Part shown: positions 23,064 through 36,112 of the stretch, one piece after another
How positions within the stretch are numbered: position 1 is the first letter of the stretch
Layout of the letters: each line of letters begins with the position of its first letter
NCBI GenBank assembly: GCA_905330235.1
Contig: CAJNUA010000162.1
Coordinates: 81,202 to 126,500 of the forward strand
Source of the DNA: Rotaria sp.
Lineage: Eukaryota
Direction: 5' to 3'
Length of the DNA stretch: 45,299 nucleotides
Translations under genes and position numbers: made by a program
The notes under the pieces: model-generated
Told to the model about the DNA's origin: nothing
Database searches by the model: none
Seen by the model: the letters and a program-made list of their open reading frames with translations, nothing else

Positions 23064-26000
23064 ACGATTGTCAAATGCTAGCACTAAAATAAACAAAAAT
23101 AAACAAATAACTACCACATATTGCTTTATTTCATCGTATTTATTTTTATGCGACAAATATGATTTGCCTCTCTATTCTTTATGAAAGCGCAAATGCAACA
23201 TAAAAACATATGTTTCAGTTTGTGAGCAACTATCTGTTGTTATTGCTAATCAATGATAAAGAATGTTAATCGTACTATAGCGCAGCGAATAAGGATGAAA
23301 GTCGAAAAACAAGAAGTCTTAAATTCAATTATGTTGTAAGCTGACTCCATAAAAAGCTTAGATTTCGCAAGGATATTTATCATAGTCGATGATGAAGAAG
23401 AAAGCATTGTTAAGATGCTACCCATGATCTGTAACATATCACTACTAAGGTATCTGTTACATGGATGAGAAGGCCCAAGAGGGGGAGAAGGAGGTTCAGA
23501 ATTTTTATCCTACATTTCAACACTTCTCTTAGATTATCTTTCACAAAACAAAAAGATAGCCGTAAGTAATGTAATTTATCTATGTTGATACCTAAGCAAA
23601 TAGTGACTCATTATGCACCTATTTCCAAAAGTTTATCAGTTCCCGTCCAATGCATACATTCATTAGATGCTTGGGAATAAGAATGCCGACTTTCCAATGC
23701 CAAGAGAAGCAAGAAAAAGTAGTAAAACGAGCACTAAAGAAAGAAACAACTAGCGAAAACACGAATGCAGATACGTCCTGAAATACATTTGAATGGCCTG
23801 ACGTAGCTGACTTTAGTGGGTGAGAGTGACGTTTCTGTATGTTAGAGAAAATCGGTAAAGTAATGACTGTTATGATGAATGAATCACGACCAGTTTCGGT
23901 TAAAACTGGAATATTCAACTACTACAGTAGATTCTACCGCCAAATTTCTGCTTTCAAATGCTTCCCATTTTTCTCAGTATTCCAGTCGGAAATTCATGGA
24001 TTCGACCAGTGGAGTCATTGACCTGGGCACAGGAGCATTGTACTTTCTCACACTCATGTTTTTGGTTGTCAGATGTTTTATTATCAAAAACTGGGAGTAA
24101 TAACCAAAGATGATCCTCTCAGTTACGTCTTTCAGTCGCATTTTTGTAGTTGCTTGACTGAGTGAGTAACCGGTAAAAAGAAACACACGGTGAGCTCAAC
24201 GACGACAGGAAAAACTACCAACACTCTTTCATCATTGCTTACCTTACGAAGAAAAACGAACGTGTAATGTGCATTATTTTGTTTCATGGTCGTTTCTTTA
24301 TAATTTTAATATGAATCATTTTCCAAATCTTGCGCGCCATGTTCATCAGTGTTATGAAATAACAGACAAGAAAAAAAAATGATTGACCCATTCGCATTAA
24401 CCAATGAATCAAGTGAAACAAAAGGTGGCGTGGTGTAAGTGTGGCAACAATAGATCAAAGTATGCATCCAAGTCGGTGTATACCTCTATCGTTATGCGCT
24501 TATTGAATATGAATTCAGTTCAGCATCTACAGACATGAACTTTTCCAATGATAAAATTAGGTTTTTTGAAAAAAAAACTCCTATTTTATGAATGGTTCGA
24601 AGATATTTCGCTTCATCTCGGCGAATGTTGCAAGTTGTACTGTTGGTAATTAGACACTGTCTATAGGTAATGATGTTATGACATACAGATGAAAAAACCT
24701 TTCAAAGCATATCCCTTTATTCGATTTTGAAGAGTTTTTTTAATAAGCCACCATCAATAGTAATACACATTGACTTTCTTTTATTTTAGCTATCTTGGAC
24801 CTCTCTAATACTATGAGATCAAGTAATGTATAGATGTTTTTCATTATTTGCAAGTCTTCGATGATCCAAACGAATTTATTGATTTTATAACGATACGATA
24901 CAGAAATCAAAATAGTGTTTTTTTAATTGACTCTGGTGAGGATGCTTCAAATCTCTTTAAAATGATCTACGAATGACCGCGCATCAAAAAGCATTATTTT
25001 GTTGATTAGATTCACACCAGTGTAGTCAAAATACCAGTATGCATACATTTTAAGATATTCGTTTAACAATGTGTGGGTTTATGCGATCACTGGGACACAG
25101 TATGCAATTGTCTATACAAATGGATATGAAATACAGCAGATTTTTGTTCGATCATGAATCAATGTCAGCAATAATTTGTGATTTGCAGGACAAGAGCGAC
25201 GTATTTATCTGCTTTTATTAACAAACTGTGAAACACATTTTCAAAACAATGTAGCGAAGAAACGATTGAGACATTTTTTCCTGCATGTTATCCAGTAAAT
25301 GAACTAAAATTATATGTAAACAATACATTCGTCTATCGTTCAATTAATTAAGCGTTGAGCTGAAATGAAAATATGTGAAATGTTGAAGTTTCGACCTTTC
25401 ATTGCTGCTTTCTATGATCGATTACGAATTCTACATAGTCATAAGTCCGAGCATTCATATAACCTAACACTTTAACGTGATTAAAGCATATTCATCCAAA
25501 CCTCTCCTTCCATACAAGTTCGAGCTATTGTCCCTGTCAAAACAAGATAGGTTTGCATTTTAACTTAATAACTTGAAGTCATCAGTGCAATAGCATCTAC
25601 TTTTATAGCGGCAAAATAATAAACATTTAATGTAACTCTCTATTTTGTTCTTAATGAAGACGGTCGTTTTAGTGGAAAAATATTTTTATCTTTTGCTGAT
25701 TGGGATTAAAATCAAAAAATATATTTCTTTTAATGCTAGACTCATAACATTCGGTATTTTATTTTTTTCACAAATGTCATAATATCGTTATACCCGGTAT
25801 CGAGAGGTAAACGTCAGAATATCCTACAGAGTAACTAAGAGAAGTGAATCTTTTAGTGAGGAAGGGACTAGATGATGAACTTGTTAAATGATTAAAATAT
25901 CGTTCGATATCAATATATTTCATAATGAATGAATCAAAGCTGTTCACATATAGTCTAGTCTGAATATGGGTTTAATACAAACATAAAAAAAAAGATTTTA

Positions 26001-27993
26001 TTTATAGATACCTATTTTCATCATACTAGAGATCATTTAAAGTTACAAAAACACAATAATAATTCGTTAAATTGCTACGACTTATTATTTAATTAGAGAT
26101 GAAGTTTTTCAAAACTTCAGTTTCTTTACATATAGAAAATGATTTAAATTTCAATGAAAATAAAGACTTTGTTAAGTGAACTGAATATAATAAATGATTT
26201 TCAGTTGTTTTCTCATATCTAAGAATACAATTGAAAATAAATTTGTCTCAACAAATTAAGTGAGATAATTCTACTTGTTAATTAGAGCATGCATTTTGTC
26301 AGTAGATTTTAAAGCTTTGTCACCAAAAACTTTTAAAATGGAAAACAAAAATATAGTCGTATTGTTGTAAAAAGTGTTGTCGTGGCATTGAAACTCAGTC
26401 ATATTCAATCAAATACCCGAAACAAATCATGAATAAATTCTTCTTAAACATTGAAATAAGCTAGAGATTAATCAGTATTTCACTACAAAAACCAAATAAT
26501 AAAATTAATATAATTATATTCTAGCACACTCTTATTTAGCGAAGTATATCATTTTATCGTTGGTTCTTATTATTAGTTAGACATCCTAGAACACACATAT
26601 ATATTTTTCAAAGAAAAGTTTTGAGTATCAGTGTAACTGTCAAAGATTTGACTTTCTTCTAGTTCTAACAGTTAGATCAAAATTTAATGAGCACTGTCCA
26701 TCCCACAGTACAAAACAGAGTGTAGTTTAACGAAACAAAAAAAGAACCTAGAGAAAAGATAAAAAGAATACTCAAAATCTTGTAGAGTCATCCAAAGCTT
26801 TCTATGAATTTCAATGGGTAATAATGCATTACTCCACTAATTCTATACTTTTCATAGAAGAGCTATCATTTTGTCAAGATTTTTCAATATACAAATTTTG
26901 TATTATAACATAATACTAAGTACACGTGCATTTCAGATTTCAGTTTATGCAAGTCTGCACAGATAAGTTTCTTTCTATCATCGAGTGTAATTACGACACG
27001 TCCAAAAAAACACCGACGATGATAACAAGAAACAACCCTTTGTCATACGATTTAGTTGAAAATAAACTACCTGAATAATGAAGACAAATATAAACATGTC
27101 ATTGAAAATTTTGTTAATAGATTATCAAACTATTAATAATGAATATGACTGATTGTTCTACCTCAGACATAAACAAATTTTAGATATTATTGACTGTTAT
27201 TTATTTCATTTGATTATTTGTGTTTCATATAAAATGTTTAAGAACTTAGTGATACTATTTTTTAAGAGATAATGATTCATATGAATGGTTTAGTTTGAAG
27301 AAATGATATTCTTCACTTTTCAAACTGAAGTATATTAGTACTGATGATATGAAACAAAGAAGATTTAACTTTTATTTTGATTCTACGTACATTTCAGAAA
27401 CACTTTAAAAACTATTTTTCTTTCATTGGATTTACATAACTGAAGTGAGTATTATTTAAAATCTTTTTTTTTCAAAGAAAACTTTCTTAAACATAGATCT
27501 TTAATAGTAGATAAACTGTCTCTTTAAATGCTTTTTAAAACCATCTATATTTCTTTCTAACGTCAATAGACTCATGTCTATCACTAGATGAGTAACTAAT
27601 AGATATGATACATTTATTAACATCACATCTGTGCAATGAATAACAAAGACAAACGTGAAACTATAATAGTCTCTCGATTATTTTATTAAAACAACTAGAT
27701 TAAAAAATAGTAACAATAAAATATATGAATGAAAGTTTTTTGCATATTATCCGTTTGGTTTTAATGAGAAACACGATTTAGTTGTCGATTAAGACTATGC
27801 AATTGAGGACTATCAATGTAACTATCACATGCATAGCAAAAGACTGAACGATCTGAAAAACTAAGACAAATATTGTGTCCAGTTGATTCATGATGATTCA
27901 ACATATGCTTTTGTTGATAACGAGAACAACCAATCTAATAAAATAATTAAAATAAATATATGAATATATTTCGATTGTTAACGAATGACTCAC

Positions 27994-28152
27994 ATAGTTA
28001 CAATTTTCATGTAGACAAGCCCAATTCTCTTGTGTTTTACTACAATCAACACAGGGTGGTTGATGCTTATCATCATATTGAGACGATTGAAGTAATACAT
28101 AAGCACGATCACCCAAATGAGGACAATCATACTTCGGTACGATAGAAAATGG
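27994..28152 (-). CDS. Exon 2 of a ZnF-UBP (ubiquitin-binding zinc-finger) protein, probably a ubiquitin-specific protease (PFSIVPKYDCPHLGDRAYVLLQSSQYDDKHQPPCVDCSKTQENWACLHENCNY). Donor GTGAGT.
   Basis: ORF 27898..28281 (-). C-P-H-L...C..C......W.CL..C matches the ZnF-UBP signature found at the N-terminus of USP3/USP16/USP44-like proteases and HDAC6. Confidence 0.5.
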
Positions 28153-28209
28153 CTTTAAAAAGAAAACAAAATTCATATTCAATTTGATCAGTATAGTATT
28201 TTTACTTAC

Positions 28210-28269
28210 ACCTATTTGATTTTCATCATTCATCTGCGCGGAAGATGCAGCTGTATTTGATCGACTCAT
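28210..28269 (-). CDS. Exon 1 of the ZnF-UBP gene (MSRSNTAASSAQMNDENQIG). ATG at 28269, donor GTAAGT at 28204-28209.
   Basis: It is in frame with exon 2 across a 57-nt GTAAGT...TTTAAAG intron. Downstream exons (below 27994) are not identifiable as ORFs of 60 aa or more. Confidence 0.4.
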
Positions 28270-31200
28270 TCTTGTTCTCAACAGTTGACTATGATAATAT
28301 GTGTTTTAATACAGTTGAAACTTATGCTTTTTATACCATTGCTAAAATTGATTGCTTGAGTATGGTGAAAGATAGATACACGTGACAAAGGAAATGGTGC
28401 ATGTTTCATGACTGGTAACTTAATCATTCTCAACCATACCTGACGTCAGTTTTTTTTATTCTTTTTATAACACAAGGGAGAACGAAAAAAAAAGTCGCAT
28501 AAGTTTGCTCACCTCTAGAAAATGGCCTCGACAACACACGTATAAATACTATATATGGTAGTACAATGTAATGAATGACTAATCTATACATTAAAGAAAT
28601 TATGTCATTAAAGTAAGCATCTAATTCAACCTACTTTTGTTCGGATTCACTTCCTGACTTGTGTTGCATTACCTTTTGGATGTACTAAATAGAGAATATA
28701 ATAATTCGACGTTGATTGATATCATTTGCATATTGAATTACAATCTTTGTTATCCCTTAATATTGAAATCAATGGTTGTTAAGGATATTTTAGGATTCGG
28801 ATCAATGAAATGCCCTTTACTATAATATGTTATTAATTGCAAGTTTAAAAAATTTTACAAACGAATTTCAATATTTCTTTGTCAATAACCATTTTTTCTT
28901 CACTTACTCATGATTATTCATATGTGGTAGTTTCGTAATATATTGATATCGATAGAAAAGGCAATTTAAGAAAATTCTTTAGTTTACAAAAAGTGATAAA
29001 ATCAAAATTTGATAGAAATTGTGAAGAAAAACTATTTTTCTGATATGAATCTTTATAACCTAAATATGTTTTCTAACTTGTTTTCTATTTCACATACAAC
29101 ATCTTGTGTTTTTTAATAAGTCTATGCAAATATTTTTAAGTTAAAATCATTTATTTTCTCACCATCAGATCAATGATTTATCGTTAAAAAGTTTAGATTT
29201 TTTACAGCTTCGTATGGAGGTTTTATAGAATTCAATAGAACATATTGGAAGTTTAACATATAATTTTACTTCATTAAAATCTGTGACAGATAGAGAGAGA
29301 AAAATGTGTATTTTTCATCGATGAATTTTTCAAATCCACAACTGGTTCACTCTAATCATATACTCTAGTAACGTTTTCTCTCTCTTGTAACTATATTAGT
29401 ACTTCTATCTATTAAAAGACTATTTGGACAACTCTGAAGCTGAATATAGACGTCGTTCTCTGTCTTATATTCTTATCTCTTACTCTCACCATCAGCGCCA
29501 CAATGCCATGGAAACAACTATTCGAGATGCAATAGTCATGCTACTGAATTTTTCTAACGAAATTAAACTTGTTGAAAAATGTAAGTAAGTTCGAATGTAG
29601 AAGAAGTATCAGTTAATAGATATAAGAACTAATAGAAAGTTCATTAAGTTGTGTTTTCTAATAGATAAATAAATTATTCAATTAAAGTTTACTTTAACAT
29701 TGACTAGTCTTTAAAATCTTGTTACTTTTTTCTTCATGCTATGTATTTTAGAGGAAAATATCAGTTATAAATATCTTCCTGAAGGATATTCTTTTCAACT
29801 TTTCTATTTATGTTTTAGTCTTATATTCATTTTTTTGAAAACTAAATCGCTACGTTTATTGTCAACCAAAAAAGAAAAAGTTTTGATAAACATTGAATTC
29901 CAAATCTATTCATATAAAACTCAATATTTTCTACCATAACTTTCCTGGATTTTGTTGACAGTGTTATGAGATAGAGAGTAAAGAAGGAGCGAAACAATAT
30001 GAATAAATTTTATTCAAAAATGAAAATGTATTTTAATTATTGAATTATAAAATTTAACACACTGTAGAACATGTCAGTTTCTAATTGGTTTACTGTCGCA
30101 GAGTGTGAGTGTACCGCAGCCAGTATATTCCCAATACTTACCACTACTTGGGAACTTAGGTATTCGGAAATGATAAATTTTGACTACTCCATTGGCTAGC
30201 TTGTGGAAAATTCTCTTCGATAACTGAGTTTCCACATGATTTCTCATTAAAAACATCATATTGTATAATATGCTACGCTTGGAGCAAATAAAAGCAAAAC
30301 AATCGATAAATTAAAGATTTTTATGAGTCAAAGATTATCTTTTCGCGTTTAATATTACTAAACTTTTAGGAATCAATAAAATTAGCAGTCTTCTAATGTA
30401 ACTAACATCGTTTAACAAAACTCTCGAAAATTGCTATCTGAAAATTCAAGTATCTCACCGTAGACAAGGCATAGACATTCTATATTTAAAAAATTATTAG
30501 AAGTTTAGTGATGAAAGCTTTCATTTCACATGAATTGAGTCAGTCTTCTAAAACTGCAATTCAAAATCTTATTGTGAGAGACGGAACGAGAGAAACGCTA
30601 ATTTACGTTCAATCTAATTTCCCACTCTTCTTTGTTGACAAGACTCTCGGCTTATTTGTGTTCAAGTGTTATACTTCTTCTCTCTCCTCAAATTGTCACT
30701 AGAATCATGTCGCTATCCAAAAAGTTTGTCGTTACTTGTCAAAATGTTTACTGTAAAGAATACAGATTCTTGCGATACTATGCATAAACGTCTTAGATGG
30801 GACCTAGGTGAATGAGTCCAATTGCTGCTGGCAAAAGACGCTAATACTGACATTGTCTGTGAAGATTTTCTTGAGTTAAGAACTGTGTTTGAAGAAAATT
30901 GATAATAGTTGCCTGGTCTTATCGAATATTATTGGGTGTTCATGCATTTGACTAAGGTCTGTATTCAGAAACTGAAGAAGAGAAACTCAGTCGAAATAGC
31001 TGGCTTTCTCTTTTTCCAACCGTTACTTCTATGAAAAATACTAGAATTCCAACCCGATCACCATCATTGAACAAAGCCAATAAGTTTTCAACTTCATCTG
31101 CCCCCATTTTTCACTGAGGATGCATCGAATCTCGAGAAAAACCTTACAATGGGACATCAAGTTTGTCCAACGGCCCTTCCTAACACCGCTCTCTCTCTGT

Positions 31201-34200
31201 CCAACGGTGTCTTTTACTATCTTATGAAATCCAATTGCGAAGATATAGCCGTGAAGATGATGCAGACAAGAGCAAAATTTTCTGTTGAAATCCAGTTTTC
31301 AATGATGACTTTTGTACTTTCTTCTAGTAGACTCAGCTGTTCTTGAAGAAACAAATTTCCCAGCCGATGTAGTGAACAGCAACGCTTCATTCATAGCCTA
31401 AGCGAATATTTGTATTTCACTTGATTTTCTAATTAATTTGCTATGTTCTATTCTTACTGACTACCCAAAACGGGGGTCTTCTCGTGTTTGATCAATCGAA
31501 ACATTCATTTCGGGACGTTTAATTACCAATAAAAACTTCATTGACTTTTTTGAGAAACATATACCGGAAGGTTCATTTCATATCAACGAAGTTGCGAATG
31601 AACATGAGCATGGAGTATGGGTGTATGGGTTAGAGTATGATTCAACGCGAGATCTCAACCATTCCAACATCTATATTCGTTTGAATTCATTCACAAATCT
31701 GGGTAAGAAAGATGGCGGTGCTTATCACTAAAGGTGTCTACAATCGTATTTCAGTAAACTTAGGCGACAGTGACTCGGTTCTATGAAATTTCTATTGTTG
31801 ACATATTGGTGAATTCCGATTAGATCTTTGACTGTAGAATCTAGTGCACAGCATTCAGTAAGTGACATCTACCGACTGTCGCTTAAACTTGGATTCGAGT
31901 TTTAGATAATTCTTAGGATTGACACAGAAAAAGAACATATGATCATAAACATGATCTAAGCCATAAGTCTTCGACTGCTTGATTTTTCGTTGCAATTCTT
32001 CAAAGTGATGCAAACTTTGTCCTCATCATATCTGTAAAATCAATAAAAGCTCCATACTGTTGATATAACTCCAATAAATATAACACGGATCTTTTATCAT
32101 TCTCCAAGGACAGAAGATATGTCATGATTGAATTCAGTTTGGTATTTCCTGGTTGCAACAAAAATACAATCGGATATATCATGAGAAGAAAATAGATAGC
32201 ATAGTCTTGTATGCAGAAAAGTACTATTAGAAAGGTTCAATATTCTAAAAACCAATCCAAGATAATACATATTAGGTTAGTTAAATCTTGCTTTGTTTCA
32301 TCTGACTGACTTATATCTCGATAACGGTCGATTGCAAGTGGCTAGGTATTACAACAGACTGACAATATTCTTTTCGTTTCATGACGCTCTTTCAGAATTC
32401 CATTGTTCTCCATATCAACAACTAATTGTTCAAAGATCGAACATAATGTTGACAGAAATGCGATGACGTCGATTTCAACAGTTCTCGATTGTTCAACTTG
32501 TAGAAACAATACCCATGTCGAGAAATCCAGTCATTGGATCTTGTCGGATCCAACGAAAATCAACGTCGGAAATGGTCGGACTCCAATTCGTTCCAGTCGG
32601 ATCCTGCAACGAAACTTAACAGATCCGACAGGATCCGATCGGATTTTAATCATTAAGCTTCAATAGTTGTTTCCTTTCTGATTCACCATCATCTGTTAAA
32701 TATACAATTGATATAAAGATTTCTGACACCAATTGTAAAAAATCCATTGTTTGTCTTTCTTATCACCTTATTGGACAAGCAAACACGAGAGAAACCCAGT
32801 TATAGTCATTGAACATAGTGCAAACATGTTAATAATGCGTAAACTATATGCTTATACCTATATCCTTACACATATACCCTTATGCCTATACCCTTACACC
32901 CATACCCCTATGCCTATATTCTAATAATTATGTCTTTATCACTATAGCTTTCAACGGTCACAATGACAGTTATAACCTTAGTTTCATACACGTATGAATG
33001 AAGGTAAAAATTTTAGTACTTGCTAGAAATTCTTTGTTTTTTCTTTGTTTTTATAAATTCTTGAATGTTCTAAGTAGGATATAAAGTATTTTACAGCTAG
33101 ATGAATAGTACCCTAAATGTTGATAAGCCTAACGCTACCTTAAAGAAAGGCATATAGCGTACACTGTTGAGAAGATTCTTTTCACATTATCAAAAAACAA
33201 ATAGTATTGAAGATTTGCATGAAACCATGAAAAAAGGATGGGAAAGAAGAAAATGAAATGAGGAAATATTGGAAGTGTACCGTTGAATTAATTTAAGCCA
33301 AAAAGTTAATTAGATATCTTTAGTATGCTTGTTGAAAGTTGTTCATCCCTAATTGGCTATGGGTACAAGGACGATTATTATTCATCATTGGTCTTTCATT
33401 TCGATGAATTTTTTCTAACATTTTCGCATTTTTCAACTTTACTTTGAATACTTTTTGTTTTTGTGTAATGAGAAAAAATTTAAACTAAAAATGCAAGTAT
33501 TTTGAAAAGAAAGGATTGTTATGATGTGAAAGACACTCAATATGTAATGGTGCTGAAGCTGGATGAGTTCGAAACTGCGAAAGATAATAGTGTGTTATTA
33601 ATAGTGAAGATTCTTCAAGCAATAGAAAACGACTATAATAAGATGAAAATATAAATTACTGTATTGTTTGATATTGTATTTATGATAAAAACTTACTATT
33701 CGAGATATTTCCTTATAAATAAGAAATTCTATTTGGTCACACAAAAAGGACTTCTCTACAGTACCAGCTATACATCTTCCCTAGTGACAGGGATAAAGTT
33801 TTGAAAATGTAGAGTATTATTTAGATGCTTGCAAAATATTTTATAGTCTTACGTAGAGCCTTTTCAAATCTGTAATAAAAGAGAAGGAGATATGTTTTTT
33901 AGCAAGTAGTCACACTTTTGTCTCACTCTGTAGGTAACATGAGAGAACATCGACCCTTAGTCTAAAGCAAAAATAATAAAGAAAGGAGCTTGCCATGTAA
34001 TTAATAAACGGTAGAGAAGAACTGTTGACAAATAATTTTGCTGCCTCAGATGAAGCACACGAATACAAATAATAGAAGCATACCATAACGAAAAGAGACC
34101 ACTGATCATCATTCTATACATTGATACAGTCAAAATATTATGATATGAGAAATTCTTTTTGTCTAAATAACTCTTGGTCGTGTACACTACGCATATCGAA

Positions 34201-34497
34201 AGTATTTGATGTCTATTTATTACTAATTGAGCGTTCAAGTCTTGTACTCAGTTAAATGTTTATTATACTAATCTCGTGCAACACTCTGTTCGATTTGATG
34301 CCTTCATTCTTATTGCAGTAGTGAGATAAATATTAAATATGAGAAATCATTCAGTTTTATTTGAAAAATAGTGCTCTGGTAGTCATTTTGTAATAATATT
34401 CCTTCACCCTGCTCATTCATTAGCATGCATGAGCTCATTTTTTTTTGTTAGAATCTAAAAAGCATTCAATTAGAAATAAATTTATATACAGAACATA

Positions 34498-36112
34498 CAG
34501 TGGGTACCAAAATTGATCAACCACCTTAATCAATTTTTTTGTTTTGTTCATACCTCAGAAGCTAAATAAGCTAGAACTATCTGGTTTTTGTCATATACTA
34601 GTTCATGGTCTGTAGTCTACGTATACAAAATGTGAAGTCAATCTATTGATATATTCAGTTGTAATTAGCAATACAATCACGAAATGCCTTTTTTCATTGT
34701 TCCAAAATTGATCAACCACTTGTTGTTCATAATTCAGTGCGCGCCTATTTTAAAGAAAAATTTTCTTTTTGACACACCATTCTGAAGAGTAAATTGTGCT
34801 CTACACAGTACACTACTTTTTATTGCAGCTTCTTTTCAGAAAAGATCGAATAAGAGTGACTTTTAAAGTATATCGAAAGTTTTTGACAAAATGCGATTTT
34901 CTCCTCTAATTCTTAGCCAATATCAATTTTCAATGCACCATTAGAAAGAGCGTTACAAACTGCACCAGAGAGGCTGTTTTCACAGTTATTCTATCTTAGA
35001 AAGTTGACTTGGTAGATTCTTATGTGCACCAATCATGCATAGTGCTCCTTCTATTCTCTCATTCGAGCATCGAAGATGGCATAAAAACTTTTTTTAACAT
35101 TGGAAATTTGTAGAGAATTGCTTTCTCTAGAAAGTTCGTCTATTTGAAATCGACGGTACTTTTATTCTCATGATTAAAATACCGTTATTTCGCTATTAGG
35201 ATCAGAGTAAAATTTGACCGTTAACTTCAACAACAAAGTGGTTTCGAATTTCGTCAAATAAAGAACTTATTTTTCCCCACCATATCTCGCTCGGAAGAGA
35301 GTAAGACGTGGAGAAAAAAATCGATATCACATTTCATCTTACAGTACTTTATTTGACGAAATTCGAAACCACTTTGTTGTTGAAGTTAATGGTCAAATTT
35401 CACTCTAAGCCTAAGAGCGAAATAACGGTATGTTAATCATGAGAATAAAACTACCGTCGATTTCAAATAGAAGAACTTTGTAGAGAAAGCAATTCTCTAC
35501 AAATTTCCAATGTTAAAAAAAGTTTTTATGCCATCTTCGATGCTCAAATGAGAGAATAGAAGGAGCGCCATGCATGATTGGTGCACATAAGAATCTAACA
35601 AGTCAATTTTCTAAGATAGAATAATTGTGAAAACAACTTCTCTGGTGCAGTTTGTAACGCTCTTTCTAATGGTGCATTGAAAATTGATATTGGCTGAGAA
35701 TTAGAGGGGAGAATCGCATTTTGTCAAAAACCTTCGATATGCTTTAAAAATCACTCTTATTCGATCTTTTCTGAAAAGAAGCTGCAATAAAAAGTAGTGT
35801 ACTGTGTAGAGCACAATTTACTCTTCAGAATGGTGTGTCAAAAAGAAAATTTTTCTTTAAAATAGGCACGCACTGAATTATGAACAACAAGTGGTTGATC
35901 AATTTTGGAACAATGAAAAAAGGCATTTCGTAATTATGCTGCTAATAACAACTGAATATGTCAATAGATTGACTTTAAATTTTGTATACGTAGACTACAG
36001 ACCATGAACTAGTATATGACAAAAACCAGACGGTTCTAGCTTATTTAGCTTCTGAGGTATGAACAAAACAAAAAAATTGATTAAGGTGGTTGATCAATTT
36101 TGGTACCCACTG
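34498..36112. repeat. A roughly 1.6 kb near-perfect palindrome (foldback element). The arms are about 765 bp each at about 97% identity, around an 83-nt central spacer (35264-35346). The outer termini CAGTGGGTACCAAAATTGATCAACC / GGTTGATCAATTTTGGTACCCACTG are flanked by TA on both sides.
   Basis: By eye, the rc of 35347-36112 aligns base-for-base with 34498-35263, with scattered mismatches (e.g. gctagaactatctgg vs gctagaaccgtctgg). TA dinucleotides sit at 34496-34497 and 36113-36114. Confidence 0.8.

Noticed and set aside
23246-24186. Cluster of 5 overlapping 60-99 aa ORFs on both strands
   Set aside because: No homology or compositional signal. They lie immediately upstream of the MVP start codon, so they are more likely promoter or 5'-UTR sequence than coding.
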